This document shows, piece after piece, positions 42,637-50,846 of a DNA stretch of 64,000 nt (within the stretch, counting starts at the first letter, position 1; each line of letters opens with the position of its first letter). The stretch lies in the NCBI GenBank assembly GCA_963714015.1, contig OY970223.1, forward strand, positions 160,001 through 224,000. The letters run 5' to 3'. Position numbers and translations under genes: made by a program. The notes below the pieces were generated by a model. The model ran no database searches. It worked only from the letters and a program-made list of their open reading frames with translations, and was not told where the DNA came from. Source of the stretch: Vulcanimicrobiota bacterium. Its GTDB lineage: Bacteria; Vulcanimicrobiota; Vulcanimicrobiia; Vulcanimicrobiales; Vulcanimicrobiaceae.

Positions 42637-42897
42637 CTACGCTACGACTTCTCGAACCAAACCTTGCTCGATGAAGACATGCATGATGTCGCTCACGTCC
42701 TGATCGACGTCGTGGCCATCCGCGTCATAACAGGTGCGCAGATAGTCGCCGAGCTCTCCAGCCGTCTTCCCCGAACAGTTCCGCAGCAAGTCGGCCGCGG
42801 TTTGATTGACCACGTGAACTTTTTCACGCGCGGAATCGTACACGAGCATCTCGGTGCCGACTTCGCGCATCTCCAAACCTTCGATCGCTTGAAACAT
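42637..42897 (-). CDS. Stand-alone PqqD family RiPP recognition element
   Basis: 86 aa with REVGTEMLVYD, VHVVNQTAA, Y.......DV and FIEQGLV pattern. Confidence 0.9.
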   Translation of the reverse strand: MFQAIEGLEMREVGTEMLVYDSAREKVHVVNQTAADLLRNCSGKTAGELGDYLRTCYDADGHDVDQDVSDIMHVFIEQGLVREVVA

Positions 42898-42906
42898 TCC
42901 TAATCC

Positions 42907-43050
42907 TTACTGATGAGTGATGTCACATTGCGGATTCGGCGGGCCTTGCTCGAAGCAGATGATCGACGCAAAGCCGGATGCATCTTTGAACAAATCGCGC
43001 ACGTCGACCGTGTCGACAATCGCCGGCCGGGCATATTCGGATTTTTGCAT
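42907..43050 (-). CDS. Putative RiPP precursor P4 (47 aa, not in ORF track): MQKSEYARPAIVDTVDVRDLFKDASG-FASIICFEQGPPNPQCDITHQ
   Basis: Translated by hand; ATG overlaps the P3 stop (TAATG); shares EY..P and DA.GFAS with P1/P2; directly upstream of PqqD. Confidence 0.88.
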   Translation of the reverse strand: MQKSEYARPAIVDTVDVRDLFKDASGFASIICFEQGPPNPQCDITHQ

Positions 43051-43151
43051 TACGAACATACCTCAGGCGGAGAGCAAAAATTGCCGGAGACTTCGGCGAA
43101 TAATGCTGAGAGATCGAAGCTGGCTACCAGAGCCGGTCTCGAATAGCGCAT
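43050..43151 (-). CDS. Putative RiPP precursor P3 (33 aa, not in ORF track): MRYSRPALVASFDLSALFAEVSG-NFCSPPEVCS
   Basis: Translated by hand; GAAAGGA RBS; YxxPxL leader aligns without gaps to P1, P2 and P4. Confidence 0.82.
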   Translation of the reverse strand: MRYSRPALVASFDLSALFAEVSGNFCSPPEVCS

Positions 43152-43248
43152 GGCGGTGGTCCTTTCCGGGCTTTCTCTTATTCTATCTGCGAGCAACCAA
43201 GGTCCAAAGTGCAGGAAGACACTTCGAGCACCGTGCCGTCGGCTTCAT

Positions 43249-44049
43249 CTACGTATAAGCCAACGAGCCTACGCGTCTGGAGTAACGCACCGAAAAAACG
43301 AAGAGCGCAAGAGCCAAAGGAATCCCCACTGCCGCAAAGCCGCCGAGAATGAGCAGGTTGCCGCCCAGCTCGGGCAAGCTCGCCCCGCGCAGCACCGCTT
43401 CGCGCAGCGCCGATAGGCCGTGCGTTATCGGAAAGACTGCCGAGAGCAGTTTCAAGGGCGCAGGCAGCGCGGCGATGGGAAAATATACGCCTCCCAGGAC
43501 GTTGGTGAGGCTCGCAACCATTGCGACGGCCGCGTCTCCCTGCTTGAACGCGATGACGGATGCGGCTGCGCAGATGCCGATCGGGGAGATGGCCAGCATA
43601 GAGAGCACGAGGACGACGGTCGCCGACAACGCGTTGGCGTGGTGGAGGTTGACCCCAAAGACCGAGGCGCCGACGATCAGGAAGAGCACGGCCTGCACCG
43701 CCGTGAAGATGAAAGCCGACGCCGCCGCGCCGGAGACGAATGCCGGCACGGAAGCCCGCGAAACCAGAATAGCCTCGAGCGTGCCCGACGATTGATCCCG
43801 GCGAATCGCGGATGCAAACGAGTGCAGCGCTACCGACTGAAATCGCGCAAACACAATGCCGATGAGCACGAACTCGAAGTACGGACCGTGAATGGATTTG
43901 AGCGCGCTCGAACTGGATCCGAAGGTCTTGCCGATAAAGAACATCATTGCGCACATGATCAGAACGGATGCGAGTTGCCCGACGACGGCAAACTTCGACA
44001 TCGTCTGAAACGCCCAATCGCGGCAGATGAACGCGGCGAGGATGCGCAT
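43249..44049 (-). CDS. ABC-2 type transporter permease
   Basis: About 6 TM segments; GTLEAIL and GGVYFP...LP..L...P.THGL motifs. Confidence 0.85.
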   Translation of the reverse strand: MRILAAFICRDWAFQTMSKFAVVGQLASVLIMCAMMFFIGKTFGSSSSALKSIHGPYFEFVLIGIVFARFQSVALHSFASAIRRDQSSGTLEAILVSRASVPAFVSGAAASAFIFTAVQAVLFLIVGASVFGVNLHHANALSATVVLVLSMLAISPIGICAAASVIAFKQGDAAVAMVASLTNVLGGVYFPIAALPAPLKLLSAVFPITHGLSALREAVLRGASLPELGGNLLILGGFAAVGIPLALALFVFSVRYSRRVGSLAYT

Positions 44050-44840
44050 CAGCCGACGCCTCCGGCGACGTGGCGGAAGTATCCGAACAAGGGATGCTCG
44101 CGCGTTCCGGCGGGCGCCTTCGCCTCGATTTCAATTGGTGTTCCGACCGCCGCGACGCGGCGTTCGTGAAGAATCGCCATTCGATCGCACATGGACCACG
44201 CCTCGTCGAGCTGATTGGTAGCGAGCAGGACGGTCTTGCGCTCCTGAACGACGAGCCGATCGCGCACCGATTGCCGGAAGTTCAACGCGGCAATCGGATC
44301 GAGGGCCTTCGTCGGCTCGTCGAGCAGCAGGATCGGCGGATCGGCCACCATCGCTCGAATCAGCGCCAGGCGCTGCTTCATGCCGGTGCTGAACGATCGC
44401 ACGCTGGAGTGCATGCGATCGGCGATGCCAAGCCACTCGGCCAGTTCCGAGATGCGCTTTTTCGAGGCACGCTCGCTCAGACCGTTGAGGCGCGCAAAAA
44501 ACGCCATGTTGTCCCAGGCGCTCAAGCGCATGTAGTACGCCCGCTCGTCGGAACTGCAAATCCCGATCGATGCGCGTGCCGGTGCGGCTTGTTTGTCGGC
44601 GTCGTATCCGAGGACGCTCACGCTGCCGGTATCGGGAATGATCAGCGTGGAGATGATCTTCAGCAGCGTCGTCTTTCCCGCCCCGTTGATTCCCAGCACG
44701 CCGAAGCATTCGCCTCTGTGGATCGTGAGCGAAACGTCGTCCAACGCCGGGCGGCGCTCGCGCCGGCGGAAGAGTTGCTTCACGCCTTGGTCGACGGGGT
44801 AGGCCTTGCTCACCCCGCGGACTTCGATCGCCTCAAGCAT
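44049..44840 (-). CDS. ABC transporter ATP-binding protein
   Basis: GINGAGKTT, FSTGMKQRL and LLLDEPT motifs. Confidence 0.92.
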   Translation of the reverse strand: MLEAIEVRGVSKAYPVDQGVKQLFRRRERRPALDDVSLTIHRGECFGVLGINGAGKTTLLKIISTLIIPDTGSVSVLGYDADKQAAPARASIGICSSDERAYYMRLSAWDNMAFFARLNGLSERASKKRISELAEWLGIADRMHSSVRSFSTGMKQRLALIRAMVADPPILLLDEPTKALDPIAALNFRQSVRDRLVVQERKTVLLATNQLDEAWSMCDRMAILHERRVAAVGTPIEIEAKAPAGTREHPLFGYFRHVAGGVG

Positions 44841-45978
44841 GATGGATGAACGGAGCCGCCGCGCGGCGCAGACCGCCCGCCAAACGCTTTGCGAGCGGCG
44901 GACGTTTGTCGAATTCTTCAAACTCCACGGAGCCGAAGTTTTGTTTGAGCAGGTGCAACCGTTCTCCGAGGCGCTCCATCCAGAAAAGACGCATCAGCGT
45001 GCGGTGGCCTTCGCCGCCGGTGAGCACCCGCGACTGTCCGATGCGCGTAGCGGAACGCGAGAGCAGCCCGCCGCGCAGTCTTTGAAGCCGCGAGAGCGCG
45101 CGCTCGTCTATGCCGGCATCGAGCAGCCAGTGCGCGAGCTCGATCGCCGGAACGGCGACTTGTGCGGTATTGCTCGCGCGCACGCGCTCTTCGAAGACGT
45201 TCCAATCGATGCCCCGGCGCAAAACTTCGGCGATGTCGACGATGCCGCGGACGTGTCCATCGAAGCCGTTCCCCCAAGCAAGGTGCACCGCGAGATGCAG
45301 CAGCTGGTCCTCCGGATCGAGAACGTGAACGGGAACGCCTGCGGCCATGGCGGCGACGGCCCGCGCGCGCATCGCCGCGACGTCGATTCGAAAAGGATTC
45401 GGCCGGCGGCCTAGATCCCAGTGCAGTTCGATGCAGAAAGACGCGCCCGGACGAGCGTAGCGCGGGAGCTGGTAGTAGTTGACGAAGTACCATTCACGCG
45501 TGTGCGGCGTCGGTTCAGAACGATAGCCGAGGTCTTCGAGCACGCGTTCGGCGCGGTCCAGATCTTCGATCGGAAGCAGAACGTCGAGATCGCAGAAAGC
45601 GCGCAAGCCGATGTCGCCGTACAAGTTCTCTACGAGCGCGACGCCTTTGAGCACTACCGGTGCCAAATCGTCGCGCGCGAAGGCCCGCAGCACTTCTCCG
45701 GCGCGCTGCAGATACACCGCGTTGAGCGCAACGGTTTTCTGTCTGGCCAAACGCAACTGCTCGCGCACCGGCTGCGGTATCGGCGCGTAGGGCGCGGCAT
45801 CGGCCGACCGCGAGAGCAGCGGCAGCAGATGATGCCGGCGCGCCTCTTGAATTACCCGTTCCCACGAATCGACGCCGCGCGCTGCCGACGCGACCGCCGA
45901 CGGATCGGCGTCCAGTCGAGCGCACGCGAGCATGAATTTTCGCTCGCCCGTGAGCGTGCGCGCTAAACGCCGGTGCAT
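44833..45978 (-). CDS. Nucleotidyltransferase family protein (NTP_transf_5 type)
   Basis: VVLKG..L...LYGD.GLR..CDLDVLL, IELHW and LLHLAVH motifs. Confidence 0.85.
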   Translation of the reverse strand: MHRRLARTLTGERKFMLACARLDADPSAVASAARGVDSWERVIQEARRHHLLPLLSRSADAAPYAPIPQPVREQLRLARQKTVALNAVYLQRAGEVLRAFARDDLAPVVLKGVALVENLYGDIGLRAFCDLDVLLPIEDLDRAERVLEDLGYRSEPTPHTREWYFVNYYQLPRYARPGASFCIELHWDLGRRPNPFRIDVAAMRARAVAAMAAGVPVHVLDPEDQLLHLAVHLAWGNGFDGHVRGIVDIAEVLRRGIDWNVFEERVRASNTAQVAVPAIELAHWLLDAGIDERALSRLQRLRGGLLSRSATRIGQSRVLTGGEGHRTLMRLFWMERLGERLHLLKQNFGSVEFEEFDKRPPLAKRLAGGLRRAAAPFIHHA

Positions 45979-45996
45979 AGAGAAATCTCCCGGTGC

Positions 45997-46665
45997 TTAG
46001 ATGAGGCCTGCCCGAACCGCATGCACCGCGGCTTGAGATCTCGCCGTGATGCTGAGTTTCGAGAAGATGTGGCTCACGTGATTCTTGACGGTCTTGTCGG
46101 ACAGGCGCAGCTGCTCGCTGATCTCTTTGTTCGAGAGTCCTTGCGCGATCAGACGAATCACCTCGTTTTCTCGCTGCGTCAGTTCGTACATGTGCGCGCG
46201 GCTGGTCGACGAGCGGCGGCGCAACAGTTCACCGGCGATTCGGGGATCGACGTACGAGCCGCCGGTCGCGATGATCTTGAGCGCCCGAATGAGCTCCTTG
46301 GGAGCGATGTCCTTGATGATATAGCCGTTCGCTCCGGCCGAGAGTCCACGCTGTAAAACCTCGGGCTGCAACTGGGTGGAGAGCAGGCAAATCTTCACCG
46401 CGGGAACCTCGCGGCCGCACGATGCGATCGCCTCGTCCATCTTCAGTATCTGCCCATCGACGTCGAAAACGATCAAATCCGGTACCAACGACCGCAAAGC
46501 GACCTTCTCAAGCGACTCGGCATCGCCGACGATTTCCAGTTCGGAGTCCAGCGAGAGCAACTGACAAAGCGCCTTGGCGAAGATTCCTTGTCCGGCGACG
46601 ACTACCACTCGCGTTGGGCGGGGGGCGGCTTCCGTATCGTTGACTCTTACTGCCGTAGCGGTCAT
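45997..46665 (-). CDS. NarL/LuxR family response regulator with atypical receiver domain
   Basis: PDLIVFD, GANGYIIK and LTQRENEV...GLSNKEI...TVKNHV motifs. Confidence 0.9.
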   Translation of the reverse strand: MTATAVRVNDTEAAPRPTRVVVVAGQGIFAKALCQLLSLDSELEIVGDAESLEKVALRSLVPDLIVFDVDGQILKMDEAIASCGREVPAVKICLLSTQLQPEVLQRGLSAGANGYIIKDIAPKELIRALKIIATGGSYVDPRIAGELLRRRSSTSRAHMYELTQRENEVIRLIAQGLSNKEISEQLRLSDKTVKNHVSHIFSKLSITARSQAAVHAVRAGLI

Positions 46666-46922
46666 AGCAAACCTCCGTCTGCTTCATAGCAAACCATCGT
46701 ACTAAAGGCTTTCACTCGCCGATAGAACGGCGAGTTGTGACGCAAATCATGCCACACCGAAAAGCCCATAGCCATCCCGCTTTCGCGGGATTTTTTGGGA
46801 AAAGGGACTAAAATATCGACGATTCTCCGGGCCATTCGCTCCCCCGCGTCCCGGTCCCACGGCATTGCGGACCATTTGCTCATGAGCGATCTGTCGCTCA
46901 CGCACGATGCGCTTCGAACGTT

Positions 46923-47837
46923 ATGATACATTCAGACCTGCGTCATGGAGTAACCGTGTCCGAAACATTACAGTATCGCATCGTCGACGTCGACATCGCC
47001 ATCGAAGCGCCCGCCGAGATTCTCTCGATCATCGTAGAGTCGTACCGGCGGTTTCCTATGACGAAGAATCGCACGCACCCGCATGTAACCGTCAGGGCGT
47101 CGCTCGTAGACGACGGTCAACTCGCCTTAACCATCGGTAACGTTCACTACAAAAACCTTTCCGCCGCTGCCGGCCATGGGCTGATCGGACTAGAACTTTC
47201 GAACGCGATCATCACCGGCGTAGCCGGGCATTCGCGTTTCATGATTCTCCACGCCGCGGCCGTCGAACGCGACGGGCAGGCGCTGTGCATCGCCGCAAGC
47301 GGCCACACCGGAAAGACGCTGCTGGCCTCGCACCTGGTTTCCCGCGGCTGGAGAGTCCTGAGCGACGAGTACGCTTTCATCGAACCGGCCGGCGGCCGTG
47401 TCGTCCCGTTTCCGAAGCTGCTGTACGTGCGATCGTCCTCACTTCCGCATATCCCGCGAAGCTTTCGCAAATGCGTTGAATCGTCGCCGTGGTACGGCAT
47501 GGGCGACTGGCCCGGTCTGGTGTTCTCCGGCGTCGATCCGGCGGACAGCTATTCCGAGGCAATTTGGTCGCAAGGCGCCCGGTTATCGCGCCTGCTCGTG
47601 ATGATTGAACGCAACGCTTCGGGACCTGCGATTACGCCCTGTAAACCTTGGTCGCTCATACCGGACCTCAACAGTTTGGTGTGGCAGCCTCCGGATTTAC
47701 TGGATGGTTTATCACGAATCGCCTCTGCGCTGCGCGGCGTCGAAGTCGCTCGAGTCGTTGCCGGAGATCCGATTCGCACCGTGAACGCGATCGAGCGCTG
47801 GGCGCTGCCCGAGAGTCAGGTTTTGCTGCATGCCTAA
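46923..47837 (+). CDS. HprK-related kinase 2
   Basis: LHAAAVERDG, SGHTGKT and GWRVLSDE...PFPK motifs; real start may be the GTG near 46956. Confidence 0.8.
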   Translation: MIHSDLRHGVTVSETLQYRIVDVDIAIEAPAEILSIIVESYRRFPMTKNRTHPHVTVRASLVDDGQLALTIGNVHYKNLSAAAGHGLIGLELSNAIITGVAGHSRFMILHAAAVERDGQALCIAASGHTGKTLLASHLVSRGWRVLSDEYAFIEPAGGRVVPFPKLLYVRSSSLPHIPRSFRKCVESSPWYGMGDWPGLVFSGVDPADSYSEAIWSQGARLSRLLVMIERNASGPAITPCKPWSLIPDLNSLVWQPPDLLDGLSRIASALRGVEVARVVAGDPIRTVNAIERWALPESQVLLHA

Positions 47838-48393
47838 GCGCGGCATCGCGCGCGGGGTTCTCAAACTCGCGCAGGATGCCGGCTTCTTTGCGCGCCTTTT
47901 CCGTTACGATCTTTTCATCGGAACCCGCGAGGGACTCGCGAAAATCAGCCCCGGCGTCACCGCGACGGGTGAGGTCGCGGTCCGCTTGGGAAGACGCGTG
48001 TATTTAGGCCGCAACGGCGTGTTTCAGGGAACGGGCGAGATCTCGATCGGAAGCGGAACCTACGTCGGGAATTACTTCGACTTCAACTGCCGGACTTCGA
48101 TCGCGATCGGCGAGAATTGCATGTTCGGAAACTTCGTGTCGATCGTCGATAACAATCACGGCACCGATCCCGCGAGCGACATGAAAGAGCAGCCTTTCGA
48201 GGTCGCCCCAGTCGTCGTAAGGCGCAACTGCTGGATCGGCGAGAAAGCCACACTCCTCGCCGGCGTTACGCTGAACGAGAACGTCATTGTCGCCGCCGGC
48301 TCGGTCGTGACGCGCGACGTTCCGGCGAACGCGATCGTCGCGGGCGTTCCGGCGCGGGTCTTGCGGCTGCGAGCGGCCAGCGCGGCCAGCTGA
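47830..48393 (+). CDS. Hexapeptide-repeat (LbH) O-acyltransferase
   Basis: IGENCMFG, CWIG and VAAGSVVTRDVPANAIVAGVPARV motifs. Confidence 0.88.
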   Translation: MPKRGIARGVLKLAQDAGFFARLFRYDLFIGTREGLAKISPGVTATGEVAVRLGRRVYLGRNGVFQGTGEISIGSGTYVGNYFDFNCRTSIAIGENCMFGNFVSIVDNNHGTDPASDMKEQPFEVAPVVVRRNCWIGEKATLLAGVTLNENVIVAAGSVVTRDVPANAIVAGVPARVLRLRAASAAS

Positions 48394-49989
48394 ATGCAGG
48401 CCAAGCACCACAGCGCCAAGCAAGTCTTTCTGAATACGTTCGCCGGCCTTGCCAGCAACGGCGGTTCGGCGATCGTCGGGTTGATCGTCACGCCGCTGCT
48501 GATCGCAAAGCTCGGCGTAGAACAGTTCGGATTTTGGGCGGTCGTTACCGCAATGGTCAACTACGCGGGCCTGCTGGACGGCGGGCTGAACAGCACCTTT
48601 ATGAAATACGTGGCGGAATACGCCGCTCGTAACGAGACGGCGCGAATCCGCCAAGTTACGACGTTCGGCACGGCATTCTACGTCGTGCTGGGTCTGCTGA
48701 TAGCACCGGCGGCCGCCGCTGCTGCGCCGTACGCGATCGGCGTGATGCACCTCGATCCCGGCCTTGCGCGCCGCGGACCGATGATTTTCGGATATGTCGT
48801 GCTCTCGCTTTTTCTGACTAGTGCGGCCGGCGCGATCGCATCGGTGCTCAGCGGCTTCGGCAAGCTGCGTACCGTCTGGACGAGTAATTTTCTAAGCCGT
48901 ACCGTCTTTTCGATAGCCGCCCTAATCGCGTGCACCTTAGGCTTCGGACTGGACGGCATGGTGTTCGCCACGTTCGCGCAGCTCGCGGTTTTTGCCGGCA
49001 TAACCTACATCGCAGCACGGCGCCTGTTCGGCCCGCTTTTCTGTCCGCCTTGGCAGTGGGAACGCAGCGTGATCGCCGGCCTCTTCAAGCTGGGCGGCTG
49101 GGTTCAGGTAACGAACACGTGCAGCACGATTGTGGTTGAGAGCAACCGTTTCATCATCTCGGCATTCGTTTCAACCTCGGCCGTTACGTACTTTGAGGTC
49201 GCCAGCCGTTTGACTCGCGCCGCACGCTCGTTGCCTTTCAACTTCATCGTGGCGCTGCTGCCGGCCGTTTCGGCGCGCAACGCCTCGCTGCCCGACGACC
49301 GCTTCAACGAGACCTACGTGCGCGCAAGCCGCTACGTCAATTACGCAACGCTCTTTCTCGTGGGCTTCATCATCGCGGCCGGTACGCCGATCTCGTACGT
49401 CTGGATCGGAACGGTCTATCCGGACATCGGCGTGATCTGCGCGTGCGTCGGGCTTTCGTTCATCTTCATCAACGCGACCATGGTCGGAACGACGATGCTG
49501 CGCGCCGTCGCGCTAGCCCGTTATGAAGCGTATTACTACATCGTCTGGACCGTTGCCAGCATCGCGCTGATGATTGCGACGGTACCGTTCTTTGGTCTCA
49601 TGGGCGTGCTCGCAGGAATCGCGGGCGGAGCAGCCATAGGGACGGTCTACTTCTTGCGCGTGCTGCACGGTTTGCGCCGCTTGGACGTCCGGAGTGGTTT
49701 GCTGAATTGGGCCGTCCCGCTTTGCGTCATTGCGGCTGCGTCGATCGCCGGCACGGCCTTTGCCGCCGCCCATTTGGCGCCGCACTTTCACGGACGCGTG
49801 CAGTGCGCGCTGGAAGTGCTCATCTTGGGCGTGCTCTACGTCGTGCTCTTTGCAGCCGGAACACTCGCGTCGCGCTTCTTCGGGCCCTCCGATTGGGAGG
49901 TCGCCCGCCGCGTGCTTCCCGGGCCAATCGCCTCATTTGGGCGTAGGCAAAGCGTCTCTGCCGGGTCCGAAGGCGTCTTGATACGGTGA
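48394..49989 (+). CDS. Wzx-like polysaccharide flippase
   Basis: About 12-14 TM segments; TPLLIAKLG.EQFG and DGGL motifs. Confidence 0.8.
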   Translation: MQAKHHSAKQVFLNTFAGLASNGGSAIVGLIVTPLLIAKLGVEQFGFWAVVTAMVNYAGLLDGGLNSTFMKYVAEYAARNETARIRQVTTFGTAFYVVLGLLIAPAAAAAAPYAIGVMHLDPGLARRGPMIFGYVVLSLFLTSAAGAIASVLSGFGKLRTVWTSNFLSRTVFSIAALIACTLGFGLDGMVFATFAQLAVFAGITYIAARRLFGPLFCPPWQWERSVIAGLFKLGGWVQVTNTCSTIVVESNRFIISAFVSTSAVTYFEVASRLTRAARSLPFNFIVALLPAVSARNASLPDDRFNETYVRASRYVNYATLFLVGFIIAAGTPISYVWIGTVYPDIGVICACVGLSFIFINATMVGTTMLRAVALARYEAYYYIVWTVASIALMIATVPFFGLMGVLAGIAGGAAIGTVYFLRVLHGLRRLDVRSGLLNWAVPLCVIAAASIAGTAFAAAHLAPHFHGRVQCALEVLILGVLYVVLFAAGTLASRFFGPSDWEVARRVLPGPIASFGRRQSVSAGSEGVLIR

Positions 49990-50846
49990 GAGCGATGAAA
50001 CTCAGCGTGGTGATTCCAACCAAGAACTGTGTCGAGCTCATGCGGCGAACGCTCGCGGCGCTCGACTTTGCGGACGAAATCGTCGTCGTGGATATGTTTT
50101 CTACCGACGGCACCGCCGAGCTGGTGCAGGCGCACCCCAAAGGGCGGCTGATCCAGCGCAACGGGCACATTTACGAAAACGTGAACCATGGCTTCGATGC
50201 GGCAACCGGCGACTGGCTGCTGCGCTTGGATTCCGATGAAGTAGCGACTCCTGAGATGGGACGCGAAATTCGGGAACGCATCGAAACCGCTCCCGCGGAT
50301 CTATGCGGTTTCTACATTCCGAATCGCACCTATTACTCCAACCGCTGGCTGCGGTACGGCCCCGCGTACGACGAACGTTCGCCAATCCCCGGAGAGCGCT
50401 TCCGCTTGAGCCTGTTCCGCAAAGGCGCCGGGCGGTATGAATCCGAGCTCTCGCATGCCGATCTCACCGTGCACGGCCGCTGCGAGTATCTGAAGCACCG
50501 CTACGATCACTATTCGGTTCGATCGTTCTCGCACTACATTGCGAAGAACAACTACTACACCGACATGGACACCGAGCGAATGGAGAGCGGCGAATTGGAC
50601 CCTCGCCGGGAAGCCTGGGCGATGCTCTGGGGACCGCTCAAAGAGTTTCTGGTCTTCTTCATCAAGCGCAAAGGGTACAAGGACGGCGCCCTCGGGATCG
50701 TCGCATGCGGCGGTTACGCTATCCTGCGCTTTATGATCCACGCCAAACGCTGGGAGCGGCTAACGGCGCAGCAGAACGAGGTCGAGGATCTCGACAAGCG
50801 CAAGATGCTCGAATACGTGCCGGCAAGCCACGTCACGAACGCCTAA
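49986..50846 (+). CDS. GT2 family glycosyltransferase
   Basis: SVVIPTKN, VVDMFSTDGT and WLLRLDSDE motifs. Confidence 0.88.
   Translation: MRAMKLSVVIPTKNCVELMRRTLAALDFADEIVVVDMFSTDGTAELVQAHPKGRLIQRNGHIYENVNHGFDAATGDWLLRLDSDEVATPEMGREIRERIETAPADLCGFYIPNRTYYSNRWLRYGPAYDERSPIPGERFRLSLFRKGAGRYESELSHADLTVHGRCEYLKHRYDHYSVRSFSHYIAKNNYYTDMDTERMESGELDPRREAWAMLWGPLKEFLVFFIKRKGYKDGALGIVACGGYAILRFMIHAKRWERLTAQQNEVEDLDKRKMLEYVPASHVTNA

Noticed and set aside
42637..42897. PQQ biosynthesis (pqqD, together with the PQQ-like propeller at 30406-31668)
   Set aside because: No pqqA (ExxxY), pqqB, pqqC or pqqE is present; the propeller is a generic repeat lipoprotein.
41376..45978. Canonical lasso peptide cluster
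   Set aside because: It has a YxxP leader, RRE, kinase and nucleotidyltransferase, but no asparagine-synthetase-like cyclase or transglutaminase-like B2 in the window, and the precursors lack Thr at -2.
46780..46860. DosR/NarL-like operator (GGGACTAA ... GTCCC) in the divergent intergenic region
   Set aside because: No clean palindrome with consistent spacing; too weak to call.
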